57,119 bases of DNA, from the NCBI GenBank assembly GCA_964484805.1, contig CAZAGU010000001.1:1-57119 (forward strand), read 5' to 3'. Shown here piece by piece: positions 18,642 through 28,089 of the stretch. Origin of the DNA: an uncultured bacterium. Its GTDB lineage: Bacteria > Electryoneota > AABM5-125-24 > Hatepunaeales > Hatepunaeaceae. Both the position numbers and the translations under genes were made by a program. Position 1 is the stretch's first letter. Every line of letters starts with the position of its first letter. The notes under the pieces are model-generated. The model had not been told where the DNA came from and ran no database searches. It was given only the letters and a program-made list of their open reading frames with translations.

Positions 18642-19038
18642 GATGGATTACGTCCCCGAAAGAATTAACGCCGACCGGCTAGGGCCTCCACCGCTTGTTA
18701 AAAAGCAGACCCAGACCGTTACTTCAGAGAATGGCAAGCCGAGTTTTTCCGATCACCTTAAATTGGCGATGGATGACCTGAAGCCAGCGGTTAATTTTTC
18801 CGCCCATGCAAAACAGCGCATGGAAAAGCGAAATATCCAACTGGACAACACACAAACCCGAAGACTTGCAAACGCCATAGACTCAGCTTCAAAAAAAGAT
18901 GCCGGAACCGCGCTCGTCCTGCTTGATGACCTCGCAATTCTGGTGGGAGTGAAAGACCGCAAAGTGATCACTCTGGTTGACAGAAACGACATGCAGGACA
19001 ACGTATTCACGGCGATTGATTCAGCTGTGATTGCTTAA
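18634..19038 (+). CDS. Small flagellar operon protein (resembles the family I recall as TIGR02530, found between flgD and flgE)
   Basis: Overlaps the flgD stop. FSAHAKQRMEKRNIQL motif. Conserved position. Identified from memory and not searched. Confidence 0.55.
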   Translation: MAEMDYVPERINADRLGPPPLVKKQTQTVTSENGKPSFSDHLKLAMDDLKPAVNFSAHAKQRMEKRNIQLDNTQTRRLANAIDSASKKDAGTALVLLDDLAILVGVKDRKVITLVDRNDMQDNVFTAIDSAVIA

Positions 19039-19163
19039 AAATGATTGTAATTCTTTATTTATAAATCTGATGGATGGGAACGGTTGGACCTCGAAAAGAG
19101 GAGACTTGAAATCGCTGATCGACTGACGCGGTTTCGCCATCCTGAAGTCTGGAGGCTTTTCAC

Positions 19164-21086
19164 ATGATGAGATCTCTATACGCAGGCATAAGCGGCTTGC
19201 GTAACTTTCAGACCAAGTTAGACATTATCGGCAACAACATTGCCAATGTCAACACGGTTGCTTTTAAAGGCTCACGGATCACATTTGCTGAAACCATGGC
19301 GCAGACCCTTTCGGGCGAAATAGCTCCGTCTGAAGGACAAGGCGGAATCAACTCGGTGCAGGTTGGGCTTGGAATGCGAACGATTGGCATCGACACGAAT
19401 TTTAACCAAGGCGCGCTCGAATCAACCGGAGTCAACACAGACCTGGCGATACAGGGCGATGGCTTCTTTATGGTTACCGATGGCAACAACCAATTCTACA
19501 CCCGCGCCGGCGCTTTTCAGCTTGATGCACTAGGCAATCTCGTCATGAGCGGCAGCGGGCAGAAAGTGCTTGGCTACACAGCAAATCAGGGCGCTGACGG
19601 CGTTGATGCTTCGACAGCGCGCACGATCCAGATTCCGCTTGGCTCTCGTAGCGAAGCAAAATCCACCACGGATGTAACCTTAAACGGCAACCTTGACATG
19701 AATGAAACCAGCTCGATTGCACGATTGCTCGATGCTGGCGAAACGGGCATCACTAACCTCACTGGCACAGCGCGAAATGGTGTCGGTGGGACTCACAGGC
19801 TTGCCATTACTGGTGAAAACGCCACCCAGAGCTTATCCTTTGGTCTGACTCAGGGGTTAGTATTAACAGACGCAATGGACACCCACGGCGTTACGACAGT
19901 TGATGGCATGACGGTCGTGGTTGATGGCGAGCGAGCGATCAGAATTTCCGGTTTGACGGCAACTTCAACAATCAGTGATTTGATTAATGCTATCAACTCA
20001 CAGGTTGATGGTGTGACTGCCAAGTTGAATGAAGAGGGCGCAATTCAGATTGCCAGAGATTTCTATGGTGATGGAGGTGTTTACAACGTGGAATTGCGGG
20101 ATTCCGCTGTTGCAGGTGAGGTCGTCGCTGGTGGTGTTGTGAGTAGCCTACTTGATCCGGGGTCATCCTTCGCAGTGAACAATGGAACTGGCTCGACTCT
20201 GGTGGCAATAGATAACTTCACATCCAATCAATCGTCCACAGTAGCTCCAGAGGTTCTGGCGATTGATTTTGATGAACGCACAGGTTTAGCTACTGGCATT
20301 AAAGACCTTGGCGATGGCGGAGTGTTCATCAATGCTGCCGGTGGGTTAAAGGCTGGGAATGCTGTTGTTGAAACGGCTGACACCACCCATTCCACTTCGA
20401 TTTTAGTTTATGACTCGATGGGCAACACCCATAACATGACCATGACTTACACACGCACCGGAACACCTAACACCTGGGACTGGAGCATTGATGTTCCTGA
20501 ACCAGCAGTGATTGTTGAGGGTGGAACGGGTTCAGTGGCGTTTAAGAGCGATGGCTCGCTGGAAAGTTTCCAGTATAACGGCGGAGTTACTGGCTTGGTG
20601 TTCAACCCCGGCAATGATGCCCAGAACATTAACCTGAGCTTTGACGCCGGGTCATTTGGCAGTTTCGAAGGCTTAACGCAATCTTCAGCCCCAACCACAG
20701 CGCTCGCCAGCCAGCAAGATGGCTATGGAATGGGCACTTTGCAGGGCATTTTCTTTGATGATGCTGGAAATATCTTCGGCAATTTCTCGAACGGTGTGAC
20801 CGATGTGCTGGCGCAGGTTCTGATGGCTAACTTTACCAATCCGCAAGGACTTGAGCGCGTTGGCGAAAACCTTTACCGTCAGACAACCAATTCCGGGGTA
20901 GCGCGTGTCAGCAATGCCGAGCAGGCAGGCGCAAAGATCAACAGTGGATTTCTCGAAGGCTCAAATGTGGATTTATCTCGTGAATTTACTGATATGATTA
21001 TTGCCCAGCGAGCATTTCAGGCTTCAGCAAGAGTGATAACCACTTCAGATGCACTGTTAGAGGAAGTGACAAGGTTGAAGGGATAA
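19164..21086 (+). CDS. flgE: Flagellar hook protein FlgE (long form, 640 aa)
   Basis: N-terminus: MMRSLYAGISGLRNFQTKLDIIGNNIANVNTVAFK. C-terminus: SNVDLSREFTDMIIAQRAFQASARVITTSDALLEEV. A large central G/T/V-rich insert. Confidence 0.93.
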   Translation: MMRSLYAGISGLRNFQTKLDIIGNNIANVNTVAFKGSRITFAETMAQTLSGEIAPSEGQGGINSVQVGLGMRTIGIDTNFNQGALESTGVNTDLAIQGDGFFMVTDGNNQFYTRAGAFQLDALGNLVMSGSGQKVLGYTANQGADGVDASTARTIQIPLGSRSEAKSTTDVTLNGNLDMNETSSIARLLDAGETGITNLTGTARNGVGGTHRLAITGENATQSLSFGLTQGLVLTDAMDTHGVTTVDGMTVVVDGERAIRISGLTATSTISDLINAINSQVDGVTAKLNEEGAIQIARDFYGDGGVYNVELRDSAVAGEVVAGGVVSSLLDPGSSFAVNNGTGSTLVAIDNFTSNQSSTVAPEVLAIDFDERTGLATGIKDLGDGGVFINAAGGLKAGNAVVETADTTHSTSILVYDSMGNTHNMTMTYTRTGTPNTWDWSIDVPEPAVIVEGGTGSVAFKSDGSLESFQYNGGVTGLVFNPGNDAQNINLSFDAGSFGSFEGLTQSSAPTTALASQQDGYGMGTLQGIFFDDAGNIFGNFSNGVTDVLAQVLMANFTNPQGLERVGENLYRQTTNSGVARVSNAEQAGAKINSGFLEGSNVDLSREFTDMIIAQRAFQASARVITTSDALLEEVTRLKG

Positions 21087-21174
21087 GCTAAAACCCTTTA
21101 GTATCGAGTGATAATAACTGTTGTTAAGGGTTTTGCAGGCGGGGAATTTTCTTTATTATTTAGGCAGGCTAATC

Positions 21175-21426
21175 ATGGTTGAGTTAACCAGTTTAAACGG
21201 TCAACGCTTCATACTGAATGCAGACCTGATAGAACGCATTGAAGCCAGACCAGACACCATCGTCAGTTTGACTTCTGGCAAGAAATTGATTGTGCAGGAG
21301 GCGGTAAGCGAAGTTGTGTCTCGGTTGATGCACTACAGGCGATCCATTTTCATGCCTGTGGAAACTAACGTGGACGTTGACCTTCAGAGGGAAAGTTGCA
21401 TTGCGCCATTTTCCCACGCAATTTAA
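21175..21426 (+). CDS. flbD: Flagellar protein FlbD (SwrD-like)
   Basis: MVELTSLNGQRFILNADLIERIEARPDTIVSLTSGKKLIVQE is a classic FlbD N-terminus. Lies immediately upstream of motA. The ATG at 21175 is preferred over the listed 21121 start. Confidence 0.82.
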   Translation: MVELTSLNGQRFILNADLIERIEARPDTIVSLTSGKKLIVQEAVSEVVSRLMHYRRSIFMPVETNVDVDLQRESCIAPFSHAI

Positions 21427-21444
21427 CAATAAAACATTGCCTGT

Positions 21445-22212
21445 ATGGACCTTGCAACAATAATAGGGATTTTCGCCGGCGCATCATTGGTCGTTGGCGC
21501 AATCATGGCAAAACCCGGTTCGGCGTTTTTTGTTGATCTGACTTCAATGATGATTGTCGTCGGCGGCACTATTGGCTCCACGTTGATCCACTTCCCACTA
21601 AAAGACGTGCTTTCGGTGTTTAAGGTGGTGCAGAAAGTTTTTTCGGAACATCGCCTCTCAAACGCTGAGACCATAGAAAATTTGGTGGGTTTAGCTGAAA
21701 AAGCCCGCCGGGAAGGCATTTTAGCCATTGAGCGTGAGATTGACAGCATTGATGACGAATTCCTTCGTAGCGGCATTCAGTATGCTGTCGATGGCACTGA
21801 GCCCGAGACGATCAGAACGATCATGGAGACTGAACTCACGAATCTCTACGACCGACACCAACTTGGGCAAAGTCTCTTCTTAGCAATGGCAACTTATGCG
21901 CCAGCATTTGGCATGATCGGAACGCTGATTGGTTTGATCCAGATGCTCCAGGCACTGGATGACCCGACCAAAATCGGCGCAGGTATGGCAACAGCTTTGG
22001 TGACAACATTCTATGGCGCTTTGCTGGCGAACCTGTTCCTTTTGCCCATGGCAGGAAAGTTGCAGAACAGAAGCAAAGAAGAGATGTTGCAAAAAGAGCT
22101 GGTTCTTGAAGGCATTTTATCTATTCAATCCGGCGATAACCCGCGCTTGGTCAGAGAAAGATTAATGACCTTTCTTTCGCCAAACTCCAGAGGTGGTGGA
22201 GGAGAAGGTTAA
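21445..22212 (+). CDS. motA: Flagellar stator protein MotA/PomA
   Basis: Four TM segments. FGMIGTLIGLIQML and ALVTTFYGALLANLFLLP are the conserved MotA/ExbB/TolQ channel helices. Confidence 0.9.
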   Translation: MDLATIIGIFAGASLVVGAIMAKPGSAFFVDLTSMMIVVGGTIGSTLIHFPLKDVLSVFKVVQKVFSEHRLSNAETIENLVGLAEKARREGILAIEREIDSIDDEFLRSGIQYAVDGTEPETIRTIMETELTNLYDRHQLGQSLFLAMATYAPAFGMIGTLIGLIQMLQALDDPTKIGAGMATALVTTFYGALLANLFLLPMAGKLQNRSKEEMLQKELVLEGILSIQSGDNPRLVRERLMTFLSPNSRGGGGEG

Positions 22213-22977
22213 ATGGCAAGGAAAAAGCGTGAAGGTCCCAAGGAACAAGGCGCCCCAATGTGGATGGTTACCTACGGTGACATGATGTCGCTGTTATTGA
22301 CTTTCTTTGTGCTAATCGTTTCCTTCTCCCAAATCGAAGTATCAAAATTCAAAGCCGCCATTGGTTCCTTGCGTGGCGCATTGCAACCTTGGAATCCTGA
22401 CCCAACTGGGAGCACGATGATCATGTCGCCAACGATTCGCTTCGGCAAAGCTCGAACGACAGAAGAAGCTATTGATGAGATTATGGAGGTCGTTGAAGGC
22501 GAGGGCTTGTCAAATTGGGTCGAGGTCGAAGAAACAGCCGGCGGAATACGAATTATTTTTTCTGATCCAGTGCTGTTTGATGTGGCAAGTGATGCAATGA
22601 AGCCGGGTGTCATTGGAATAATCGACAAACTTGTTCGAGTGGCGGAAAAAATAGAATCACGCGAAGTGCTGATAGAGGGACATACAGATGACTCTCCCAT
22701 CAACACCGATCGTTTCCCGACAAACTGGGAGCTTTCGGCGGCTCGGGCGTTGTCCGTTCTGAAATACTTCCAAAGCAAAGGTTTCCCGCCAGAAAAACTT
22801 GTGGCTGTTGGCTACGGCGAATATCGCCCAAGGGAAAAACTTCCACCGAATGCCACATCCGCTCAGAAAGCAGTCAACCGGCGAGTGGAAATATTCTTGA
22901 GGATGAGCCAGCCGATCAGTAGGATGTCAACTGATTTTTCTTATAATACTGGTGACATTGCCGATTGGGGCGACTGA
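22213..22977 (+). CDS. motB: Flagellar stator protein MotB (OmpA-like C-terminal PG-binding domain)
   Basis: WMVTYGDMMSLLLTFFVLI (plug/TM with the conserved Asp). GHTDDSPINTDRFPTNWELSAARA and NRRVEI OmpA-family motifs. Confidence 0.9.
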   Translation: MARKKREGPKEQGAPMWMVTYGDMMSLLLTFFVLIVSFSQIEVSKFKAAIGSLRGALQPWNPDPTGSTMIMSPTIRFGKARTTEEAIDEIMEVVEGEGLSNWVEVEETAGGIRIIFSDPVLFDVASDAMKPGVIGIIDKLVRVAEKIESREVLIEGHTDDSPINTDRFPTNWELSAARALSVLKYFQSKGFPPEKLVAVGYGEYRPREKLPPNATSAQKAVNRRVEIFLRMSQPISRMSTDFSYNTGDIADWGD

Positions 22978-23019
22978 TAAAGTAAACAATTCGCGAACTG
23001 AACGCGGAACAAACATTTT

Positions 23020-23547
23020 ATGAATGAATTCGATGACAGTGTTGAGCGAGTTTCTCTCGTTGAACCTGAGGATTCCGGCAGGAGTGGCCTTAAAAAAGTA
23101 CTGGTCATTGTTTTAATAGTACTGGTGCTTGGTGTCGGCGGCTTTCTTGCCTGGAAATTCCTCATGACCAAACCTGCGGAAGACGAGCTGGATAGCAAAA
23201 TTGTCGATGCGGTAGAGGAGCCCATGACTCCAGCGAAAGAAGCGCCGCCAATCGGTGAGATTTATATAATTTCAGATGTATTGGTAAACCCGGCACGGCA
23301 ACGGCGGATTTTCATGGTCTCGATTGGGCTTGAGGTTTCACGAAATGGAGTTATAGACGACATCCGGGCACGTGAGCCACTACTGAGGGACAATCTGATC
23401 ACCTTGTTCAGTTCGCAATCGCAGGAAGTTCTGACAGATATAAAATATCGTCAGGCATTTCGTATCAGGGTTAAGCGCATCATGGATTATCAACTTGGTG
23501 AAGGCGCTGTAAACCGGGTATTTTTCGAAAAGTGGGTTTTTCAATAG
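23020..23547 (+). CDS. fliL: Flagellar basal-body-associated protein FliL
   Basis: Single TM segment (VLVIVLIVLVLGVGGFLAW) and a FliL-type periplasmic domain (RRIFMVSIGLEV...LRDNLITLFSSQS). Lies between motB and fliM. Confidence 0.8.
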   Translation: MNEFDDSVERVSLVEPEDSGRSGLKKVLVIVLIVLVLGVGGFLAWKFLMTKPAEDELDSKIVDAVEEPMTPAKEAPPIGEIYIISDVLVNPARQRRIFMVSIGLEVSRNGVIDDIRAREPLLRDNLITLFSSQSQEVLTDIKYRQAFRIRVKRIMDYQLGEGAVNRVFFEKWVFQ

Positions 23548-23570
23548 AGATTTTGAGTTAGACGACAATT

Positions 23571-24575
23571 ATGAAGAAAGTCCTCTCACAAGAAGAGATT
23601 GATGCTCTACTGGCGAGTATTTCTGCTCCAGCAGTTGAAACCGAATCGCTTGGTGGCGCGCTCAGCCCTCGCTCAAAGCCTGTTCAGGTTTACGATTTTA
23701 AACACCCTGAACGGATCAACAAAGAGCAGTTACGCACGCTGAGGACGATCCATGACAACTTCGCCAGGTTGTTAGGAACATACTTGTCAACGACTCTAAG
23801 ATCGCTGGTTGATGTTGATTTTGCCAGCATAGATCAGGTTACCTTCAATGAATATGCGCTGTCATTAGCCATACCAAACGCGCTGTACACTATCAATTTG
23901 AGACATCTCGACGGTAAAGCGATTATCGAGGTCAGCCCGCAACTGATTTTACACATGGTGGATCGGCTGTTGGGTGGTTTGGGTGAGTCAGACAATACCG
24001 CTCGCGAAATCACAGTTATTGAGCAGAACGTCGTCGAACCGATAGTCCAGAATTTCATCCATCTTCTGAATGAAGCCTGGATGCAGGTGTATGAGGTAGG
24101 GGCGGAGCTTGAGAGCTTTGAGTCTGATCCTCAGTTTGTTCAGATCACACGCTCAACAGAAGCGCTGGCGATTATATTCTTTGATATTCGGATTCGCGGC
24201 ATTACTTACATGCTGAACATAGGTTTGCCATACTACGTTCTTGAGCCAATTCTGGCTAAGTTATCCGCTCAGGCAGTGCTTGCACAGACAAACCGCAAGC
24301 CTGATGCGACGCGGAGCGAACTGATTCGCGACAGACTTCGGGCTTCATATCTTCCAGTGAAAGTAGTTCTGGCAAATACAACGATAAAAGTGCGTGATTT
24401 CATCGAGTTGCAGTCCGATGATTTGATTCAGCTTGAAAAGAAAACAAATGCGCCACTTTTAATTTATACGGGTGGAAAACCAAAGTTTGTTGGTTCACCG
24501 GGAAAGCTGGGAAGGAAGCGTGCCATTAAAATTTTACGTCCTATCACCAGAGAAGAGGAATTGATATATGAGTGA
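23571..24575 (+). CDS. fliM: Flagellar motor switch protein FliM
   Basis: N-terminal LSQEEIDALL (CheY-P binding peptide), a CheC-like middle domain, and a C-terminal SpoA-type domain. Confidence 0.93.
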   Translation: MKKVLSQEEIDALLASISAPAVETESLGGALSPRSKPVQVYDFKHPERINKEQLRTLRTIHDNFARLLGTYLSTTLRSLVDVDFASIDQVTFNEYALSLAIPNALYTINLRHLDGKAIIEVSPQLILHMVDRLLGGLGESDNTAREITVIEQNVVEPIVQNFIHLLNEAWMQVYEVGAELESFESDPQFVQITRSTEALAIIFFDIRIRGITYMLNIGLPYYVLEPILAKLSAQAVLAQTNRKPDATRSELIRDRLRASYLPVKVVLANTTIKVRDFIELQSDDLIQLEKKTNAPLLIYTGGKPKFVGSPGKLGRKRAIKILRPITREEELIYE

Positions 24576-25584
24576 TAGTAAAAACAACAGGTACTCAGGT
24601 CGGCTTCTGATGTCTTTCCATAATTGGGTGGAAGCGACTCGGATTCAGGTTGAAACCGCCTTGACTATGCTGGTTGAACGCACGGTTCAGGTGTCGATTG
24701 AAAATGAAGAACCCTTCAGTACAGATCACATAGACCAGTTATTTGCCAAGGGTTTGGTCAGAGTTTCCGTGCCCATTAGCAGTACTGTGATCTGGCATTA
24801 TCTGTTCCCGATTCCCCTAGCTGGCGAAATGGCAGGTTTGATCGCCAGTGGTGAAGATAAAATGGACTACAATCCTGATGTGCACGCGGCGACTATTGGC
24901 GACATGATATTGCAGACGGTTGCCATGCTTGAGTCCGAAATTGGTAAGCTTACCAACGAGACGATCACAATTGATGAACCCGAAGTCAGTGACCAGCCTG
25001 ACATGAATCTCGATTATCTTGAAGGCTATCCATCTATCGTTTTACGGGTCAACATTGACCGATGGGGCGAAGGTTCGATTCTCAAGGTTATGGAGATTCA
25101 AGGTGGAGTTTCAGATGATGATGCCGATCAGGATGGAATATATTCACAGCCTGAATTAGCGCCAGTTTTCAAGGTGCCTGAGCCTGAACCATCGAAACCC
25201 CAACCCCGTAGCGAAGCCAGAAAAGAGCAGAGTAATTTCAGTCAGACTCCTCCAGTTCTACAAAACGCGGCTTTTGAAGATTTTGGTGAACAGCCACAGC
25301 CCTCACCCTATAACGAACCTCGCAACCTCGATATGTTGCTGGATGTATCTCTGCCGATTACCATTGAACTAGGCAGAACCAAAATGCTGGTCAGGGATGT
25401 CCTTGACCTTGGTCCCGGATCTGTAATTGAACTGGATAAGCTGTCCGGTGAGCCTGTTGATCTTTACGCAAACGACAAGTTATTTGCCCGTGGTGAAGTG
25501 GTGGTGATCGAGGAAAACTTTGGCGTGCGTATCACTGAACTACTTCAGATTGATGAGAGATTGAATGTTTTGAAAACATATTAG
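24568..25584 (+). CDS. fliN: Flagellar motor switch protein FliN with long N-terminal extension (FliY-like length)
   Basis: C-terminal SpoA domain: LLDVSLPITIELGRTKMLVRDVLDLGPGSVIELDKLSGEPVDLYANDKLFARGEVVVIEENFGVRITEL. A ~250-aa N-terminal region precedes it. Confidence 0.88.
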   Translation: MSDSKNNRYSGRLLMSFHNWVEATRIQVETALTMLVERTVQVSIENEEPFSTDHIDQLFAKGLVRVSVPISSTVIWHYLFPIPLAGEMAGLIASGEDKMDYNPDVHAATIGDMILQTVAMLESEIGKLTNETITIDEPEVSDQPDMNLDYLEGYPSIVLRVNIDRWGEGSILKVMEIQGGVSDDDADQDGIYSQPELAPVFKVPEPEPSKPQPRSEARKEQSNFSQTPPVLQNAAFEDFGEQPQPSPYNEPRNLDMLLDVSLPITIELGRTKMLVRDVLDLGPGSVIELDKLSGEPVDLYANDKLFARGEVVVIEENFGVRITELLQIDERLNVLKTY

Positions 25585-25605
25585 CAGTGGTTTGCTTTTA
25601 ATGGG

Positions 25606-26073
25606 ATGTGTATTCGATTGAGTTTAATTTTTCAAAAGTTTTTTCTCATAGCAATGACGGGTGTCGTGGCGCTGCCAGACACCTCTGGGATAGCTCTGCC
25701 TGAAAACATCTTTTCCTGGTGGCATCTCCTGAAAACGGGGGCAGTTCTGGCGCTAGTGCTGGCGTTGATCTGGGCGACACTGTGGGCATTTAAGCGAGTA
25801 ACCGGCAATAAGTTCGCAAATCCGTCCGGACTCAAGGTCATTGGCGGGATAGCGCTGGGCACTCGCCGGTCAATTCAACTGGTGATGATTGCCGAAAAAC
25901 TGTATGTCCTTGGTTTAACCGACAGTAATATCAGTCTCATTGACAAGATTGATGATCCTGATGAAATCGCGAAAATTCTCCCCAGTCTTTCAAAAGCAAG
26001 CAGTGGCGACCTTCCTTTCGCAAAAATTCTCCAGCGAATAAAAAATACTAATCCGACCGAGAAAGCGGAATGA
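25606..26073 (+). CDS. fliO: Flagellar biosynthesis protein FliO/FliZ
   Basis: Sits in the slot before fliP. One TM segment (GAVLALVLALIWATLWAF) plus LKVIGGIALGTRRSIQLVMIAEKLYVLGLTD, typical of FliO. The start codon is uncertain. Confidence 0.68.
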   Translation: MCIRLSLIFQKFFLIAMTGVVALPDTSGIALPENIFSWWHLLKTGAVLALVLALIWATLWAFKRVTGNKFANPSGLKVIGGIALGTRRSIQLVMIAEKLYVLGLTDSNISLIDKIDDPDEIAKILPSLSKASSGDLPFAKILQRIKNTNPTEKAE

Positions 26074-26885
26074 ATCAAAGATCCGTACTCAGTCGATTCA
26101 AGCTCGAATTCCAAGCCCTTATTGCTATGCTTCGCAAATCCCATAGCTTCAAGGCTATCGTATTTCTCATTTTTTTACTGGCGATTCCAGCAGTTGCTCA
26201 GACTCCCATCCCCAAAATCAGTTTAGGCATAGATCAGGCGACTTCCAGTCAGGATGTTGCTGTCACCATTCAGATTCTGATTTTAATCACACTCCTGACG
26301 CTAGCCCCTTCGATCCTGATTATGATGACCTCGTTCACACGAATTATCGTTGTTCTGCATTTTGTCCGGCAGGCAATGGGCACTCAGCAGATGCCGCCCA
26401 ATCAGGTGATGATCGGCTTGGCGCTATTCATGACGCTATTCACCATGCAGGGAACGATAAAAGATATTTACAACGAGGCATGGAAGCCTTACGAGCAAGG
26501 GCAAATTACCATTCAGGATGCCTACAAAGTTGGTCAGGGGCCACTGAAGCTTTTCATGTTGCGGCAGGCACGCGAGAAAGATTTGGCGTTGTTTGTTCAG
26601 ATGGCAAATATGGATCAGCCCGAAACAGCCTTGGATTTACCATTTCATGTCATCATACCGGGGTTTATCATCAGCGAGTTGAGGGTTGCCTTTCAGATAG
26701 GATTTTTGATCTACATGCCATTTCTCATTGTCGATATGGTCGTGGCTTCGGTGCTGATGTCAATGGGTATGCTGATGTTGCCTCCTTTGATGATCTCCCT
26801 GCCTTTCAAAATTCTACTCTTTGTGCTTGTTGATGGCTGGTACTTGATAATCGGTTCGGTGATTCGCGGTTTTAATCAGGGTTAA
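26070..26885 (+). CDS. fliP: Flagellar export apparatus protein FliP
   Basis: Signal-like N-terminus. TSFTRIIVVL and PFKILLFVLVDGW are conserved FliP motifs. Confidence 0.94.
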   Translation: MNQRSVLSRFKLEFQALIAMLRKSHSFKAIVFLIFLLAIPAVAQTPIPKISLGIDQATSSQDVAVTIQILILITLLTLAPSILIMMTSFTRIIVVLHFVRQAMGTQQMPPNQVMIGLALFMTLFTMQGTIKDIYNEAWKPYEQGQITIQDAYKVGQGPLKLFMLRQAREKDLALFVQMANMDQPETALDLPFHVIIPGFIISELRVAFQIGFLIYMPFLIVDMVVASVLMSMGMLMLPPLMISLPFKILLFVLVDGWYLIIGSVIRGFNQG

Positions 26886-26894
26886 AACTCAATT

Positions 26895-27161
26895 ATGACA
26901 CCAGAATTCGCCATTTGGGTTTGCAAAGAAACCATATTCACAGCGTTGATGATTGCGGCGCCGATGTTGCTCGCTGGACTGGTCGTGGGTCTGATAGTAT
27001 CCATCTTTCAGGCGGCGACGCAGGTAAACGAGATGACTCTGACTTTTATTCCAAAAATCATTGCCGTGGTTGTTGTCTTGCTGTTTACATTGCCCTGGAT
27101 GTTAAATACCATGGTCGCCTTTACTAAAGAACTGTTCAGCTTCGTTTCTGCTGGATTTTAA
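26895..27161 (+). CDS. fliQ: Flagellar export apparatus protein FliQ
   Basis: 88 aa with two TM segments. GLIVSIFQAATQVNEMTLTFIPKI is a conserved FliQ motif. Confidence 0.92.
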   Translation: MTPEFAIWVCKETIFTALMIAAPMLLAGLVVGLIVSIFQAATQVNEMTLTFIPKIIAVVVVLLFTLPWMLNTMVAFTKELFSFVSAGF

Positions 27162-27176
27162 AGGAAAGTTCAGCAG

Positions 27177-27953
27177 ATGTTTTTATGGAATCCAGAACTT
27201 CTCGAAGGATTTTTTCTCGCCTTTCTGCGTTGTAGTACAGCGCTCGTTTTAATGCCTATCTTCGGTTTTAACGGAATACCCAATCAGATCAAAGCAGGTC
27301 TGGCGCTTATTTTGGCAATCATCATGGCTCCAGAAGCCAGTCAGAATCTGTTTAACGCTCCACCGGGTGTGATGGCAATGGCAACAGTGGCTATCAGTGA
27401 GGTTCTGGTAGGGCTGGTGTTTGGCATGGTGACCACGCTGATTTTAGTCAGTGCTGAGTTTGCTGGCACTATCGTTGGAATGCAAATGGGGTTTGCCATC
27501 GTCAATCTGTTTGATCCGCAACTTGGTCAAGTAGCGTTGATTGGACGCTACCAGTATTTCGTTGCGATGATTATTTTCCTTTGCTTGGATATGCACCTGC
27601 CATTTTTACGAGCTCTTGGCGATAGCTTTGTTCTCATCCCGCTGGGGAGCGCGTTGTTTCAGGATGCCATTGCGATGCAATATGCGCGTCTTTCTGCGCA
27701 AGTGTTTGTTATTGCAATAAAAATTGCTGCGCCAGTGATGGCGATGATGTTCATTACCGAGCTGACTCTTGGTGTGATTGCCAGAGTTGTGCCACAAATG
27801 AATGTGTTCATCGTTGGATTTCCATTGAAAATTGGTGTTGGAATGTACGGATTGGTAATAACAGGTCCGTTGTTTGTATTTGTAATTGCGAAGGTTTTTC
27901 GTGGATATGAGCATGAACTCAGGACGATAATGATCTTGTTATCTGGGTCATAA
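27177..27953 (+). CDS. fliR: Flagellar export apparatus protein FliR
   Basis: 258-aa polytopic protein. FLLAFLRCSTALVLMPIFG and the FliR-type helices. Follows fliQ. Confidence 0.9.
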   Translation: MFLWNPELLEGFFLAFLRCSTALVLMPIFGFNGIPNQIKAGLALILAIIMAPEASQNLFNAPPGVMAMATVAISEVLVGLVFGMVTTLILVSAEFAGTIVGMQMGFAIVNLFDPQLGQVALIGRYQYFVAMIIFLCLDMHLPFLRALGDSFVLIPLGSALFQDAIAMQYARLSAQVFVIAIKIAAPVMAMMFITELTLGVIARVVPQMNVFIVGFPLKIGVGMYGLVITGPLFVFVIAKVFRGYEHELRTIMILLSGS

Positions 27954-28089
27954 CTGAGCAGTAATTGCGTTTTGAATTTTCAGATGTCTTGTGAGTACAG
28001 TTTTAGATTATTATATTATAAATCTTGTTAATTATGCATGTTGGGATTGCTCCCACCATCAACCACATTTGAACTTCATGGGAGAAAAG

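Noticed and set aside
21090-21134. AAAACCCTT...AAGGGTTTT as a terminator after flgE.
   Set aside because: The 9-bp arms are AT-rich and separated by a 27-nt loop. This is too weak to call, so read-through into flbD-motAB is more likely.
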